Assembly: GCA_004764695.1 (NCBI GenBank)
Contig: SMSO01000031.1
Location: forward strand, 4,006,436-4,070,435
DNA from: Schizochytrium sp. TIO01
Lineage: Eukaryota; Protista; Bigyra: Labyrinthulomycetes
Reading direction: 5' to 3'
Length of the DNA stretch: 64,000 nt
Positions 38,849 through 51,255 of this stretch are shown piece after piece. The notes beneath the pieces are model-generated. The model made no database searches and was not told the DNA's origin. It saw only the letters and a program-made list of their open reading frames with translations. Each line of letters opens with the position of its first letter. Position 1 is the first letter of the stretch. The position numbers were made by a program, and so were the translations under genes.

Positions 38849-40348
38849 TACTTAGTTAGTTAGTTAGTCAGTCATTCTCTTTCATTCTATTGGAGTCTGA
38901 AACCTCTTGGCACAGATTGAAAGAATGAATACATTTGGCCCTACTCTATGAGAAATCCTGTCGATGAATATATGTTTGTATACAGTATACGCGCATTTAT
39001 ACTTATTCTCCAGTCCTTTTGTTTATTCATTAAAATTAACTTTTTTGTTATTTTTTTTGTTTGGTTGGTCGATTGCTTAGCCATTTCTTTAGAGCCGCGA
39101 AGAGGGCGGGCGAAAACCCAGAACTGAGACGGAGGGCACTGAGGGGAAAGAGGCGCTTTTTCCCCTTCCCTCTCCTCCTCTTTTCTTCTTTTGTCTCTTT
39201 TTTCTTCCGCGACGACTTGGGCAATTTAATTTACATATATATACTGACTGTATTTCTTTCTTTTTTGTTTCAAACTCACTAAACCTGCACAGAAGCAGAA
39301 AAGAAAATCAAGCTAAGCTAGAGGCGCGGCGACGAATCAGAGCGAACCAAAGTACACGCGGCGGGGAAACAGAGACGCGGCCGAGGCCCGCGCCCTTTGG
39401 ACACGCGTAAACGCGGGAATCCGGCGCTGCTGCCTCTTTCTTCAGCCCTTCTTCGGCGTCGCAGCGACGTTGCTTTCTTTGGGCACATCTCGAGGCCTAA
39501 AAATATGAACGAGCTTGGACAAGCGAGGAATAAAGAAATGCCTAGAGTTTAGTGTAGATGACACACCTATCTGTGTGGAGCTTTCGCTGTTGGGCTTTCT
39601 TCTTCAGAGTCCAACACTCGCCTCCTTATTATTTATTTTTCAATTAAAATCTTTATTTTAAAAAAAAAAAAAAAAAATCTTTTTTCTTTTCTTTTTCCTT
39701 TCCTTTTCCTTTTCTTTTTTCCATCATTCTTCTTCTGCTGTTCGCTGCTTCTTCATTCAAGCTGCTTGGTGCTTCTGTTTCCTGCTGCCTCGCCTCCCTT
39801 GCTCGCCTTGCCTGCCAGCTTCGAGAAGGCCCCAATCCAGCCGAGGCTCTTCAGCTCGCGCGCAACGCCCGGCTTGAACGCCAAAGCTCGCGCTCAGATC
39901 GAGCATCTGGCATTTATTATTTTGCTGTACTTTTCATATTTTTTCAATCACAATAAAAAATTAATTCATTAAAAAAAACAGAATACTTCTTTTTACCAGA
40001 GCACTTCAAAACAGCAGATGTTCCTAATGGAGCGTAGCATCACCTACCCACCTTCTTGCTCTACTTGTACCTACCTCTGCCTTACAGAGTGCTTGCTTCC
40101 TCTTAATCACCTCTGTTTCGTGGCATCGATTAACTATAACTCTCGAAGATCGGCGCTCTTCTGCCGAATGAGGCGCTCCGCGTCTTGAAAACGGCCACGA
40201 GGCGTTGCCTTCCACGCCCTCTTCGTCTTCGTCTTCTTCTTCTTCTTCTTCCCCGGCGCTGTCTGTCTGTCTTTCTGTCTGTGCCCATCTGATTGCTTCT
40301 GCATTTCGCTTCAACAACCATCGATTGATTGATAAACCCATCTCTCGT

Positions 40349-40386
<38 letters not shown>

Positions 40387-41371
40387 TCTCTGTCTTTGTC
40401 TTTGTGTGCGCTTTCATTCGTGGAAATCGAAGCGAGGGCTTCTCGTATCTAGATCTCTCTTTCGCTTCTTACAGGGGTGAGCGAAAGTAAGCAGGCATAC
40501 GTAGCTAGCTAGCTATGGCCAGCTATGGCCAGCTCTGCCTGTACGTGCCTGGAGAGGCATGTTTTCTGCGTGGTTTGCAGCCCTTTCTGCGATCGAAGGT
40601 TTCCGAGAGACCCTTCTCCTGGTTTTCTTTCGGCTGCCTAAAAGAATCTCTCTGTCTACGTAAATTGAAAAAAGAAAAGAAGAAACTGCAGTGCCGTGCG
40701 TAACACATATGTTTAAAAGAGAAGAAGCATCGTCGCCGATCGATAAGTTCTTTCCTCTTGAAAACGCAGATTCTCTCCACTTCCTTCAGAGAAAGAGCGC
40801 CATCACGACTTCTTCTTCGACTTCTTGTTGTTGTTGCTGTTCTTGCTGCTGACGATTGCGATCCTCTTAGGACAAACAGAACTAACTGACTGCTCCTCAA
40901 GCTTCTCCGCCAATCTGATCGATGGTTGCGGTTGTTTGTTGGATATTCACAGACAACTGACCAAGAATGGTAAGAATGGGTCTTTGAAAGCTCCTCCTCA
41001 AAACCAAAACAAGACAGAGATTGGATTTCTTGTTCTTTTTCACGCTCTAAACTCTGGTGAATGAATGAATGAATGAATGCTGCTTTGGAGTTTTTGACTG
41101 ATGAGAAAGAAGAGGTAGTAAGTAGAGCATGGTTTCGATGGATGTAAATCTCGGTGGCGATCTCGCTCGATCTGAGGGCGGCTGAGTTGAACTTTTTACA
41201 TCACATGGAGCGAGACGTTTGCTTCTCTAGAGCACGATGCCGTGAGGGCAGAAGAGCCTCGAGCACTTGCCACAACTCGCTCTCTGCATTTGCGGCGCCG
41301 GCATTGATTGTATCGTGACCGTGCCATTCATTTTCTTCCTGTGCGCGAGAGGATAATTATCTATCTTTTCC

Positions 41372-41447
41372 CTTCTCTTCTCTTCTCTTCTCTTCTCTTC
41401 TCTTCTCTTCTCTTCTCTTCTCTTCTCTTCTCTTCTCTTCTCTTCTC
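41372..41447. repeat. (CTTCT)~15 microsatellite
   Basis: Directly visible. Confidence 0.97.
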
Positions 41448-41704
41448 CTGTTGTACTCCAAGTTAAAATATAGATAGATAGATAGATAGATAGATATGCG
41501 TGTTTTAATTGAGGACCCTTTTATGAACCATGAAAAAGGCGCCAACCTCCATTCAATTGAAAATATTTTTATTTTTATTTTTACTTTTCTATTATGTACA
41601 CCAGACCATAGTCTTTTCTTTTCTTTACCTTTCCTTTCCTTTCAAAGTTTGAGACGAAGGTAATAAGAGCGAAAAGGCGGAGAGAAAATAAGAAAGACGA
41701 GAGA

Positions 41705-41969
41705 TGGAATCCTCCTAGCGGGTAGTAGGAGTGTCTGCTGCGGTATACGCGCGTCCTCTGCTGTCGAGGGGACACCACTTAAACCCGGCAGTTCCTACTC
41801 GCTCACTCACCAATACACTCGGTCGGCCAGAGAAAACGCCCTGAAGCCGCCCCTTCCGCCAAGCGGCAGCGCCCTTCGGGCCAGGAGCCGCGGCCCCCTC
41901 AAGGCAGCGGGAAGAGCCCTCCCTTCGCCACCGCTGCCGATCGTCCGGGCGATATCGGGCTAAATTCCA
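41705..41969 (+). ncRNA. Candidate structured RNA element, family unknown
   Basis: Nested complementary segments found by eye, with G-U pairs that work only on the + strand (see findings). No folding program was run. Confidence 0.3.
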
Positions 41970-43374
41970 CAAGAAAACAATCAAAGGTGCATTCTTGTTG
42001 TACATATTCTCTCGCTTTTCTTCGCAGAACAGCACGTTTCTCTCCTTCTTTACTTACTTTTTGACATTAAGTAAAAAGAAAAGAAAAAAAAGAAGAACTC
42101 TTTGAATTAAAATTGCTTTGAAGCTGTTTTTTAATGAATTATATTTTCACTTATTATAGTTGAAACAACAATAACAAAGAAGAAAAAGAAAAGAAAAGAA
42201 AGAAAATGGAAAAAGCTCTCTTCTGCAAATGATAGACGGAATAAATACAACACAACATCAGCTTTTCGTTCCGATTTTCATGTCAGAGTCTGCTTTTCGA
42301 GACGGCCTGTAGGCATGTATGTATTGATGTTGAAGAAAGGCAGCTAGTTGTCTTCTCGGTAGAGCTAGCTCGCTCGCCCTGAAAAGAACCCAGGTGCAAC
42401 CTTGCATCGATGGTCTTGTAAAATATCCTACAGCGACTTCTTGCAGGACCAGGAATGAATGAATGAATGAATTGCCGTCAGTTGTCAGTTGATAAATTAA
42501 TCAGTTAGACAGTTTGCTGCTTTGCTAGTCTTTAGGAAAACAAAAAACAAAAGGCAAGCTTGCAAGGCCTTACTTGCCATCCTATGTCCTTGTTCTGGGG
42601 GACTTAAATCGAAGCGCGGAGGAGACCAGAGGAGTGGGATGTGATATGTATGATCAGACAGAGCCTCAGCTCAATCAACACGAAAGAAACCGCCACTGAT
42701 TTGTACTCATCGTCGTCCACCTTTGAGCTTCTTCAACCACCAACACCATCGATCGCTCCACCGGTCGGTTTCCTGCTTTTTCCCATCACTGACCCACTGA
42801 AAACGAAAACAACTTTACAAATAAATAAATAAATGAATAAATGATTGAATGAATGAATGAATGAATGAATAAATGAATGAATAAATGAATGAATAGAAGT
42901 GATTCTTTTTATATATTAATTTGTTTATTTCTCCATCCGGCCGACTTTGTTTGGCATCCATGCATGCATGCATCCATGCCAAAATTCTACTCTCGACCTG
43001 CGTGCTCTTCGGTCTTCTGGCCATGCAACGCAACGCTGCCTGAAGAGGTGAGTGACCGGCAGGAGCTGCGTCTGTCAAGACGATGCGACTGTGCAATGAA
43101 GAAAGAATCAACTAACCAAACTCGTCGTTGTCCCTCATTCATCACTTATTTCCACAAACAAACAAACAAACAAACAAACAAACTGACAGACTGAGCTCTT
43201 TCTCCGTGTGCTTCCGCGCGTTCTTCACGATCGTCGAGAGAAAGAAAAGCTAAAGCAGCCACGAAAAGAAACGAAACAAAGCGAGTGCAGATTGAGGAAC
43301 AAGAAGAAAAAAGTACCTCATATCTCAACCACAACAACGGCGAGAAAGAACATCATCATCGTCGTCGTCAGGAA

Positions 43375-43409
<35 letters not shown>

Positions 43410-45273
43410 ACAGCAAGATCAACAACAACAGTAAGAAGGACAAGTGCAAGAAGGACAAGTGCAAGAAGGTCATCGAGGAGGTCATCCTCGAGGCCATCGC
43501 TGTAGGGAAGGTCTCATTTGCACAGTCCATCTCGTTCCATTGGCCTGCTCGTGGAGACCGACCACCTGCTCCTGCTCCTGCTCCTGCTCGTGCTCGCCCA
43601 CGTCGACGACGTCTGCACGCACCGGCAGGGATTGCACGGCGGTGGACCGCGGTTAACGCATCCATTGCTCAGCTGATCGATCGATCCATCCATCCATCCA
43701 TCCATCGCTTGAGACGTTGGCGCATTGGCGCATTGACGCATCGAGCGATTCGAGCGCCCCAGGCAAGCAAGAAAAGCGATTTCGAGGTCCACGGCGCCCT
43801 CCAGGGACCCTCGCAGACCCGCTAGGCTGCGCAGGCGGCGGCAGGCGAGCGCGGCGGGGCGTGCGGCGCGCGGGCGCTCGCGGCAGCCGCTTGCCCGGAG
43901 GTCGCGGAGGCCGGAATCGAGGTCTCCTCGCGGATTCCGCGGCAGCAAACGACTAACTCAGGAGCAGCAGCGGCAGCAAGAGCAGCTCGAGCCCATTTCC
44001 TCGCGCCCAGGCCGGGAGCGGCAAGAGGCGTGCGTGCTTGCGAGAGGCGAGAGGCGAGGCGGGGCGAGGCGACGCAAGGCGAGGCGACGCAGCGGCCCTC
44101 CGGCCGTGCCGCCCGCCACCCGCGGCGGCCTCGCGGCGGGTCAGCCAGATCTGCGGCAGTCCATTCGCCCATCCAGCGCTCGCAAACCTCGATTTGAATT
44201 CTTCTGCCGCGGTCGTCGAAAACCTCCATTCGCGCGGGCGAGGGAGTGCATCCCGCCGGCCGTCAGTCATCCAGGCAGGCAGCAGGCAAGCAGGCAGCAG
44301 GCAGGCAGGCACCCGCGCGCCCGGGAGCGAGCGCCGTCGTCATCATCCCGCCTGCCGTATCATTCATCCATCCATCCATCCAGCTGCCGCAGCGCTTGCT
44401 CGCTCGCACGGCATCGATCGATCATCCGGGCATCGCTCGCTCATCCATCCATCCATCCATCCATCCATCCATTGCGGGCAGCCGCCATCCGTCGCAAGGT
44501 AAGTCAGGAACCAGCGGCCTCTCCGCCGCGCCCGCGAGCGCGCGCGAGGAGGCCGCTCCTCGAGGAGGACCTCAGACAGACAGAGAGAGAGAAGAGCTGC
44601 TAGCTAGCTAGGCAGCTAAGGAGGGGAGAAGCGGCGCTGCTTGGCGACTGCTTCGAGGCGTTCGCAGGAGGGAGGCGGCGCTGTTTGGGAGAGAAGCGCC
44701 ACAGCGGTGAGAGGGGCACTGAGGGGGCCTGGCAGAGGCAGAGGGGACAGAGGGGGGGTGCGGGAGGTTTCCGGAGAGGGGCAGGCTGCACGTCCTGCGA
44801 GGAGCGCAAAATGCCTAGCTGCGCGCAAATGACCTGCTGTGGGGAAGGAAGTTCCTTCTGGCTGTGAGGAGAGTCACCCCGCAGCGGGGTGCAGTGGGAC
44901 GCGCCAGGAAGTTCGGGCCTGGGGGGAACAGCGTTTTATTTGTTTGTTTCTTTCTTTGTTTGTTTCTTTTTGTTTTGTTTTCTTTTTTCTTTTTTTGCTT
45001 TGAGGAGGTTTCTTTCTTTCTTTCTTTCTTCTTTTCTTCTATCTCCATTGGTTCTGGTATCTATAGATAATTTTGTTTTCTCTCTCTCGTGCACGAGAAG
45101 AGAAGACAAGACCCAAGAAACGCGAGCTCTGCTGGTGCTGCTGGTGCTGCTTCGTCAAGCTGTCTTCGTCTCGTTGCTCAGGTTTGCGGAACCAGCGATA
45201 TCGACTGGCGGGAGGAATCAACGCGTGGAAACTACCGTCTATCTCTTCTATCTATCTCTCTTCTTCTTTTCCA

Positions 45274-45351
45274 CATGGTTTTACAGCATGGTTTTACAGC
45301 ACGGTTTTACAGCATGGTTTTACAGCATGGTTTTACAGCATGGTTGTACGG
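45274..45351. repeat. 13-bp minisatellite CATGGTTTTACAG x5 plus one degenerate copy
   Basis: Directly visible. Confidence 0.95.
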
Positions 45352-45434
45352 AGGGAGTGAAGAAGAAGAACTCGGAGGCTTCAAGACTGCGAGAAATCGA
45401 ATTGGAGTGTAGAAAAGGAAAGGAAAACTACGCG

Positions 45435-45472
<38 letters not shown>

Positions 45473-45882
45473 CCTATGATTGAAATGATATTGGCCAACG
45501 CGAAACTACGCACGTGACAGAAATGCACACAATGCAGGTCAGAGGCCGCTCTCGTTTCAGTCTTTCAAGTCATCTTCGAATCCCTCTGCTCTCGCCGCTT
45601 ACAGAACAGAGAGAGAATCTCGGTCTCACTTTGACATTATTTCTTTTCTTCTTGTTGTCGTTTGTGCTTTTCTGCATTTACCACAGGCAGCACGCAGGCT
45701 TCAAATGGGAAAAGGAAAGAAGATGAAGAAGAATAGCGCAATGCGGCATTTATTTGGAGTGGCAATGATGGTGGTGACGCGTGTGGCATTTCGTGGTTTT
45801 GGCTCTTTTATCTTCTTTTTTGCCTTTTTGTATTAGTAATAGTACATCCACACGCGCCTACCTATCGGCCTCCTTTTTGTTT

Positions 45883-45985
45883 GGCGCCGCCCTCTCCTGT
45901 TTGTTTGTTTGTTTGTTTGTTTGTTTGTTCGTTCGGCGCCGCCCTCTCCTGTTTGTTTGTTTGTTTGTTTGTTCGTTCGTTCGTT
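45883..45985. repeat. Tandem duplication of GGCGCCGCCCTCTCCT(GTTT)n(GTTC)n
   Basis: Units start at 45883 and 45935. Confidence 0.9.
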
Positions 45986-46658
45986 CGTTTGCTTTGTTTC
46001 GCTTCGCTTCGCTGCTTTGCTTTGCTTTGTTTGCTTTGCTCTGTTTTGCTTTGCTTTGCTTTACTTTGCTCTGTTTTGTTTTGTTTTGCTTTTCTCGAGA
46101 GTGGATCGATTCCTTTTATTTCGTCCTCAGTCTCTTCTCTGTTACTGTTACTGTCGCTGTTTCTTCCTTCAATTTCGTTTCCGCTTCTCTGATTCTTCAT
46201 CATTTTTATTGGGTTTTCAACTTCCTTCTTTCCCGCTCGGGGTCACATCCATGTGTTATATAACTTTATACTAGAAGAAGGGGGAAAGAAGAAGAAGAAG
46301 AAGAGGATCTCCACAGCTTGCAAGAAAGGGAATGACGCACGCCGAACGAGGCGGCCGCTGTTGAGAGAGATGCAGCGCAAGCTAAACAGTTCTACAGCAG
46401 AAGAAGAGAACGAAGGCGCAGTGCCACAGAGCCCGTGCGTCGCAGACCCTTCACCGCACGCCCGCCCCAACAGAGAAAGAAGCCAAAAAGAAGAAAAAAA
46501 ATTGAATGAATGAATGAATGAATGAATGAATGAATTGGAGGAAGGAAAAAAAAAACACACACACACACAAAAACGAGGAAGCGCGAAACAGAAAAATTAA
46601 AATAAAAGAAACAAGATGAAAGAAAACAAAACAAAGCAATCCGCCATAAATAAACAAA

Positions 46659-46704
46659 CATACATACATACATACATACATACATACATACATACATACA
46701 TACA

Positions 46705-46734
<30 letters not shown>
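46659..46734. repeat. (CATA)19 microsatellite
   Basis: Directly visible. Confidence 0.97.
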
Positions 46735-46736
<2 letters not shown>

Positions 46737-47473
46737 AAGCGTAAGACCACGCAAACCAAGCGCAGCAAAGAAGGCGAAGGCGACGACGAGGAGGAGACCC
46801 AGAGACGAAACGCTCTCTCGCAGCGGAGCACGAAGACCCGAGAGACCAGAGGACGAGACGCCACGAGGCCGGACGCAAGGGTTCAGAGGCGCGTCCTCCG
46901 GAGTCATGAAAACCCAGCCACCCCACTCAGTGAAGCAAACAAGCAAAAGCAAAAAAGAGCAAACAAATAACCGCATCGATCGATGAGACAATGAACCATC
47001 AATGAATCAAAGAATGAAAGAATGAAAGAGAAATGAAAGGAAGAAGAATCAGAAAGGGTGAAAGAATGAATGAAAGAATGAAAGCCCCTCCTCCCTCTTT
47101 CCTTCCCCTCCCGCCGCCCGCCCTCGTCCCCTCGCTCAGCCGATCCATCTATCTCGCACGAAGCATGCGCAGGCGATCGGCCATTCACCCATCCATCCAT
47201 CCATCCATCCATCCATCCATCCAGTCGCCGTGCCTGAAGATCGCGCGCCACGGCGCATGGAGCATCCGAAGGCCTCCCTTCCTCCTCCTCCGCCGCCGCC
47301 GCCTCCCTCTTTTTAGAGATCCGTGCGGACAGGCAGAGACAGAGACGAAGAGAGAGAGCGTGGAGAGAACGGAGAACGGCTCGGAAAAGGGCCACGAGAA
47401 CGGCTCGGAGAGGGGCAATGCGCAGCGCGAGGGCGGCAAAAAGACAGACAGACAGACAGACAAAAAGACGAAA

Positions 47474-47508
<35 letters not shown>

Positions 47509-49380
47509 AGCGGCGTGGCTGCTTCGAGAGGCGCGGCGGCGTCTACGAAACAGCAGGATTCGTGAGAGGGCTGCTCGCACACAGAGGGAGAGGGAGAGAG
47601 AGGGAGCGTAGCGTGCGGGAAAGAAAGAAAGAAAGAACGCGAGAGAGAGAGAGAGCAGAGAGAGAGGAATGCCCTGGGACAGCGCGAAGCGGCAGTCTGC
47701 CTCTCTCTCCGTCTCCCCCTCACTCGCTCAGTGGGCCAGGCAGGCAGTGAGTGAGTGGGTGGGTCAGGCAGCAAGGGAGGGAGGGAGGAGGGCGCGAGGG
47801 CGGAGAGGGGCGCGAAGGAAAGGGGCGCCCAGGAGGAGGAGGAGGAGCGCATCGAGCATCGAGGATCGAGCATCGATGGAGGCATGGCGGCAGGAGACCA
47901 TCCGCAGCCGGCGGCGAGCATGCATCCATCCATCCATCTGACCAGACAGATGGATGCACGCGTGCATCCATCCAGCCAGCTAACCCATGGCGCCATCCCT
48001 CCCACGCTAGAGAAGACGCCATCCGCAAAGGCGCAGCTGGCGGCCAGGCAGAGGAGCTGTAGCCCTCGCAGAACCGCATCTCGAAATCGGCGGCATCGTC
48101 GCCAACGGCCATTCCATCGCGGTCTGCTGCTGCTGCTGCTGCTTGCCTGCTGGTTGTCTGTCTGCCTGCCTGTCTGCCTGTCTGCTGTCTGTCTGCAGAC
48201 AACGCAGCACGCAGCGAGAAGGCGAGGGACCCCGGCATCAGAGGCGCATCGAGCACAAGGCCTCCTGGCGGCGAGCTAGCGGAGCGGGCCCGCGCAGGGA
48301 GGACCGCCTCGAAGGCGCGCGAAGCGGCGATTGGGCATCGGTCGATCGATTGATTGATCGATCCATCCGACGATTGATCGATTGATTGATTGATTCATCC
48401 ATCGGCGATTGATTGATCGATTGATTGATTGATTGATCGATTGACGAAGAAGCGAACGAAGCATTGATCGATTGCCTGATCGCGGAGCAAGCGTCCGTTT
48501 GTTGCGGCGCGGAGGGCAAAGCGGTGAGTCGGCAGCGAGCGGCGGGAGCGTTACGTTTGGCCATAACGCGCGGGTGGATGCGGGGCCAGGCATGCATGCC
48601 TGCGTGCATGATGCTGGCGGGCGTGCAGGCAGGCAGGCATGGAGGGAGAGACGCGAGGCATGGCGAGGCCCGGCGGGCGGGCGAGCCGACGCCGCGTGCT
48701 CTTGAGCGCAGGAATGCGTATTGATTGATTGAGCGATTGAGCGATTGAGTGATGGATGGGAGGGTTTGGGTTGCGTTGATTGATTCATGCAGCGAGATCT
48801 CGAGGACTAACGATTGAAGCTCGGCCGATTGACCTGATGCACGCGTCGCTGTACGTATCGTCTATCTGTCCATGGGCTTGTTGGACAACCGCGCGCGTCT
48901 TTCCTTCTCTCTCCTTGATTGAACGGTCTCTTGCTTGTTGGTTTATTATTTACTTGTTGCGGTGAAGAAGGAGGTAGGGAGGAAAAGAACGAGAAGAGGA
49001 AAAAATAAAGAAGAATCATAATAGTTAGTAAGTTGTAGCGTAGCGAGGGTTAGTAGCTGCAGTAGCAGTGGCTAAGGACATCGGTTTGGAGTTTGTTTGT
49101 TGATTTATTTGGATAGTGTTGATGCATGCAGAAGCTAGCGAGCTAGCTTCCTACCAGCTACTGAAGGAGCAGTGCAGCGCAGTAGAAGGATGGAGACCTT
49201 GAGGCGGCTTAAGGCATTGTTGACTGCTGGCATGCTTTATCTTAGGGGCGCTTATCGCCGGCACAGCGCACAATAAGATATGGAGGAGAAAGGCGAGGGG
49301 AAAAAAAAATAAAAATTATATATATATATATATATATATACGAAGAAACGAGGACAGAAAATAAAAATGAAGCCACCACC

Positions 49381-49830
49381 TCGAACAACAAACTTGCTCT
49401 GTATGGCTTGCTCTGTATGGCTTGCTTTGCATGGCTTGCTCTGCATGGCTTGCTTTGCATGGCTTGCTTTGCATGGCTTGCTCTGCATGGCTTGCTTTGC
49501 ATGGCTTGCTTTGCATGGCTGGTACACTCATATGGGCATGAATTCATGAGCGAGCGTGGACTTTATTTTTTTACACAGACAGCTTTGTGCCTTCTCTGAC
49601 AGGGTAATAAGAGAAGGAAGGAGCCTCAGGTCGTGTAATGAAGAGAGAATCTCGTTCTTTTGCAGGTAGAGGAAAAGAGAAGAAATCGAACAAGTTGGCC
49701 GCGTAGATTCGTGATTGTGACCCGAAGGACTTGCTAACCCCTCGTGACGACCCCGTAGCATAGTCTTCGCCTGTCCTGCGCGTCATCTCCATTAAGCCAT
49801 CGCGATTTGCTCAGAGTTTCGAACAACAAA
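49381..49830 (-). mobile_element. Candidate SINE-like/retroposed insertion
   Basis: Perfect 12-bp direct repeat TCGAACAACAAA at 49381-49392 and 49819-49830; minus-strand A-box TGGCTTAATGG (49799-49789), weak B-box GTTCGATTTC (49691-49682), AATAAA (~49562-49567), tandem-repeat tail. Confidence 0.35.
49393..49518. repeat. 14-bp minisatellite CTTGCTYTGYATGG x9
   Basis: Nine exact-length units differing only at two pyrimidine positions. Confidence 0.97.
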
Positions 49831-49960
49831 GCAAGCAAGCAATGAAGAAAACACCACAGTCTTTCTTTCCTGTTTTCTTTATCCTCTCTTCCTTTTTCTT
49901 TCTATCTGCCTCTTGAATCGCCCCGAGTCTTCCTCCTCTACTACTTGGAACAGCATTGCT

Positions 49961-49991
<31 letters not shown>

Positions 49992-50426
49992 CATCAGCGA
50001 CCCCTCGGACATTGCTTATGTTTACTTCATTCGTGCGTGAAAGAAGGTCACAGACTGACTAAACATCCCTCGCTATGTGTTTGCTCATTTGCTCATTTGC
50101 CTATTTGCTTGCTTGCGTGTATCTCTCTCATGTCTCTTCTGTTATAATTAGAAGTGAACAAACAACAATATAGTATCCATCACAGAAAAGAAACTTCGTG
50201 TGGTCGCTAGCTAGCACATTACTAACTAACGTACACAGTGCATTCGCTCACTGTCTACAGAAGCAACAAAGTGGGAGTCATTCTTATCACTGACTCTGTA
50301 GTAGTAAGTAGATAGTAGTAGACTGGATCGACTCATAGGAGGTATAAGTAAAAAGGACTAATAGGAGAGAAACTCAGCACTAGTAAGCGGTAGGAGGTCA
50401 ATACGCTCTATCTAGGAGGGGGAAAA

Positions 50427-50462
<36 letters not shown>

Positions 50463-51255
50463 AAAGAACGGTGATACGTTTATCAGCAGCAGGTTGCGCG
50501 TTCTTTTCCCTGTCGTTCTTTTTTTTAACTTCTTTGTTTCCTTCTTTGGACTGACGTGAGCTATAGTAGAAGAAGAAGCAGAAGAAGAAGAAGAAGAAGC
50601 TCTCTTTGGCCGTGAGCAATAGGAAAGAGAGAGAGAAAGAGAAAGAGGTCCCAGGAGACGAAAGCCAAGTATCTGCCAGCTCGAGGAGGATCAACCGTGT
50701 GGGATTACAGGCGGCACTATTGTAGCGGCACGCTCGAGTCGCGGAAACACGGCAGGCAGCACCGCGGAGCAGCGCAAGGCGCAACTTGAGTGGTACGACC
50801 GCGGAGACACGTGGTTGAATCAATTGAAGAAAGAGGACTGCTGGAGACACCGATCAAAGCATGGAAGAGAGAGGAGAAACGCAAATCCGGCATCATTGAG
50901 ATTTAGGTCAATCCACAATCAATTATCTGATTTTGCGACCTGAAAGGAAAGCGCGTGAGGAGAAAGGAGACAAGCAAGAGAACTCCCTCCTTGGGGCGAC
51001 TGGTTCTTCAGGGAGTCAAAGCAGACCCGCCTGTAGCAGGGCGGCGCGGCTTTGTGAGAGTTGCCGCGCCGCCCTGAAGATTGATTGAACTTGTACGGAA
51101 GTCGTAGTTTTTCCCCATCGCTGAGAGGGATCCTGTGACACGGGATCATCCCGCGGCTCATCAATTAATCGCATCATCATTATCATCCGCATCATCCACG
51201 GCATCCCTGGGATCATTGGCATCGGCATCATCGGCATCCATCTGTAGTCAGGCGC

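Larger units (their letters stand above)
32870..48900. other. Five GC/CpG-rich non-coding islands (~32870-33775, 34760-35475, 37180-38035, 43560-44900, 47100-48900) with embedded (GGAT)n/(ATCC)n, (GCAG)n, (GAAT)n tracts
   Basis: Sharp compositional shifts; overlapping ORFs in all six frames with repeat-derived peptides (WMDG, SIHP, LPAC) and no domain signature. Confidence 0.75.

Noticed and set aside
43208-43825. 205-aa ORF with NS repeats and KKDKCKKDKCKK
   Set aside because: No ATG (GTG start only); built from (AACAGC)n and a 15-bp duplication; no family resemblance.
32876-48800. Dozens of overlapping 100-260-aa ORFs in the GC islands (e.g. 37068-37859, 33066-33755, 47313-48005)
   Set aside because: Open in several frames on both strands because of high GC; peptides are translations of microsatellites (WMDG, SIHP, RQAG) with no domain signature.
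49393-49518. Short regular repeats (also 17505-17758, 45274-45351) as CRISPR arrays
   Set aside because: Head-to-tail units without unique spacers, eukaryotic context, no cas genes.
51169-51255. In-frame His-rich extension upstream of the zinc-finger ATG
   Set aside because: In-frame TAA at 51166-51168 with no ATG after it; derived from CAT-type repeats in the 5' leader.
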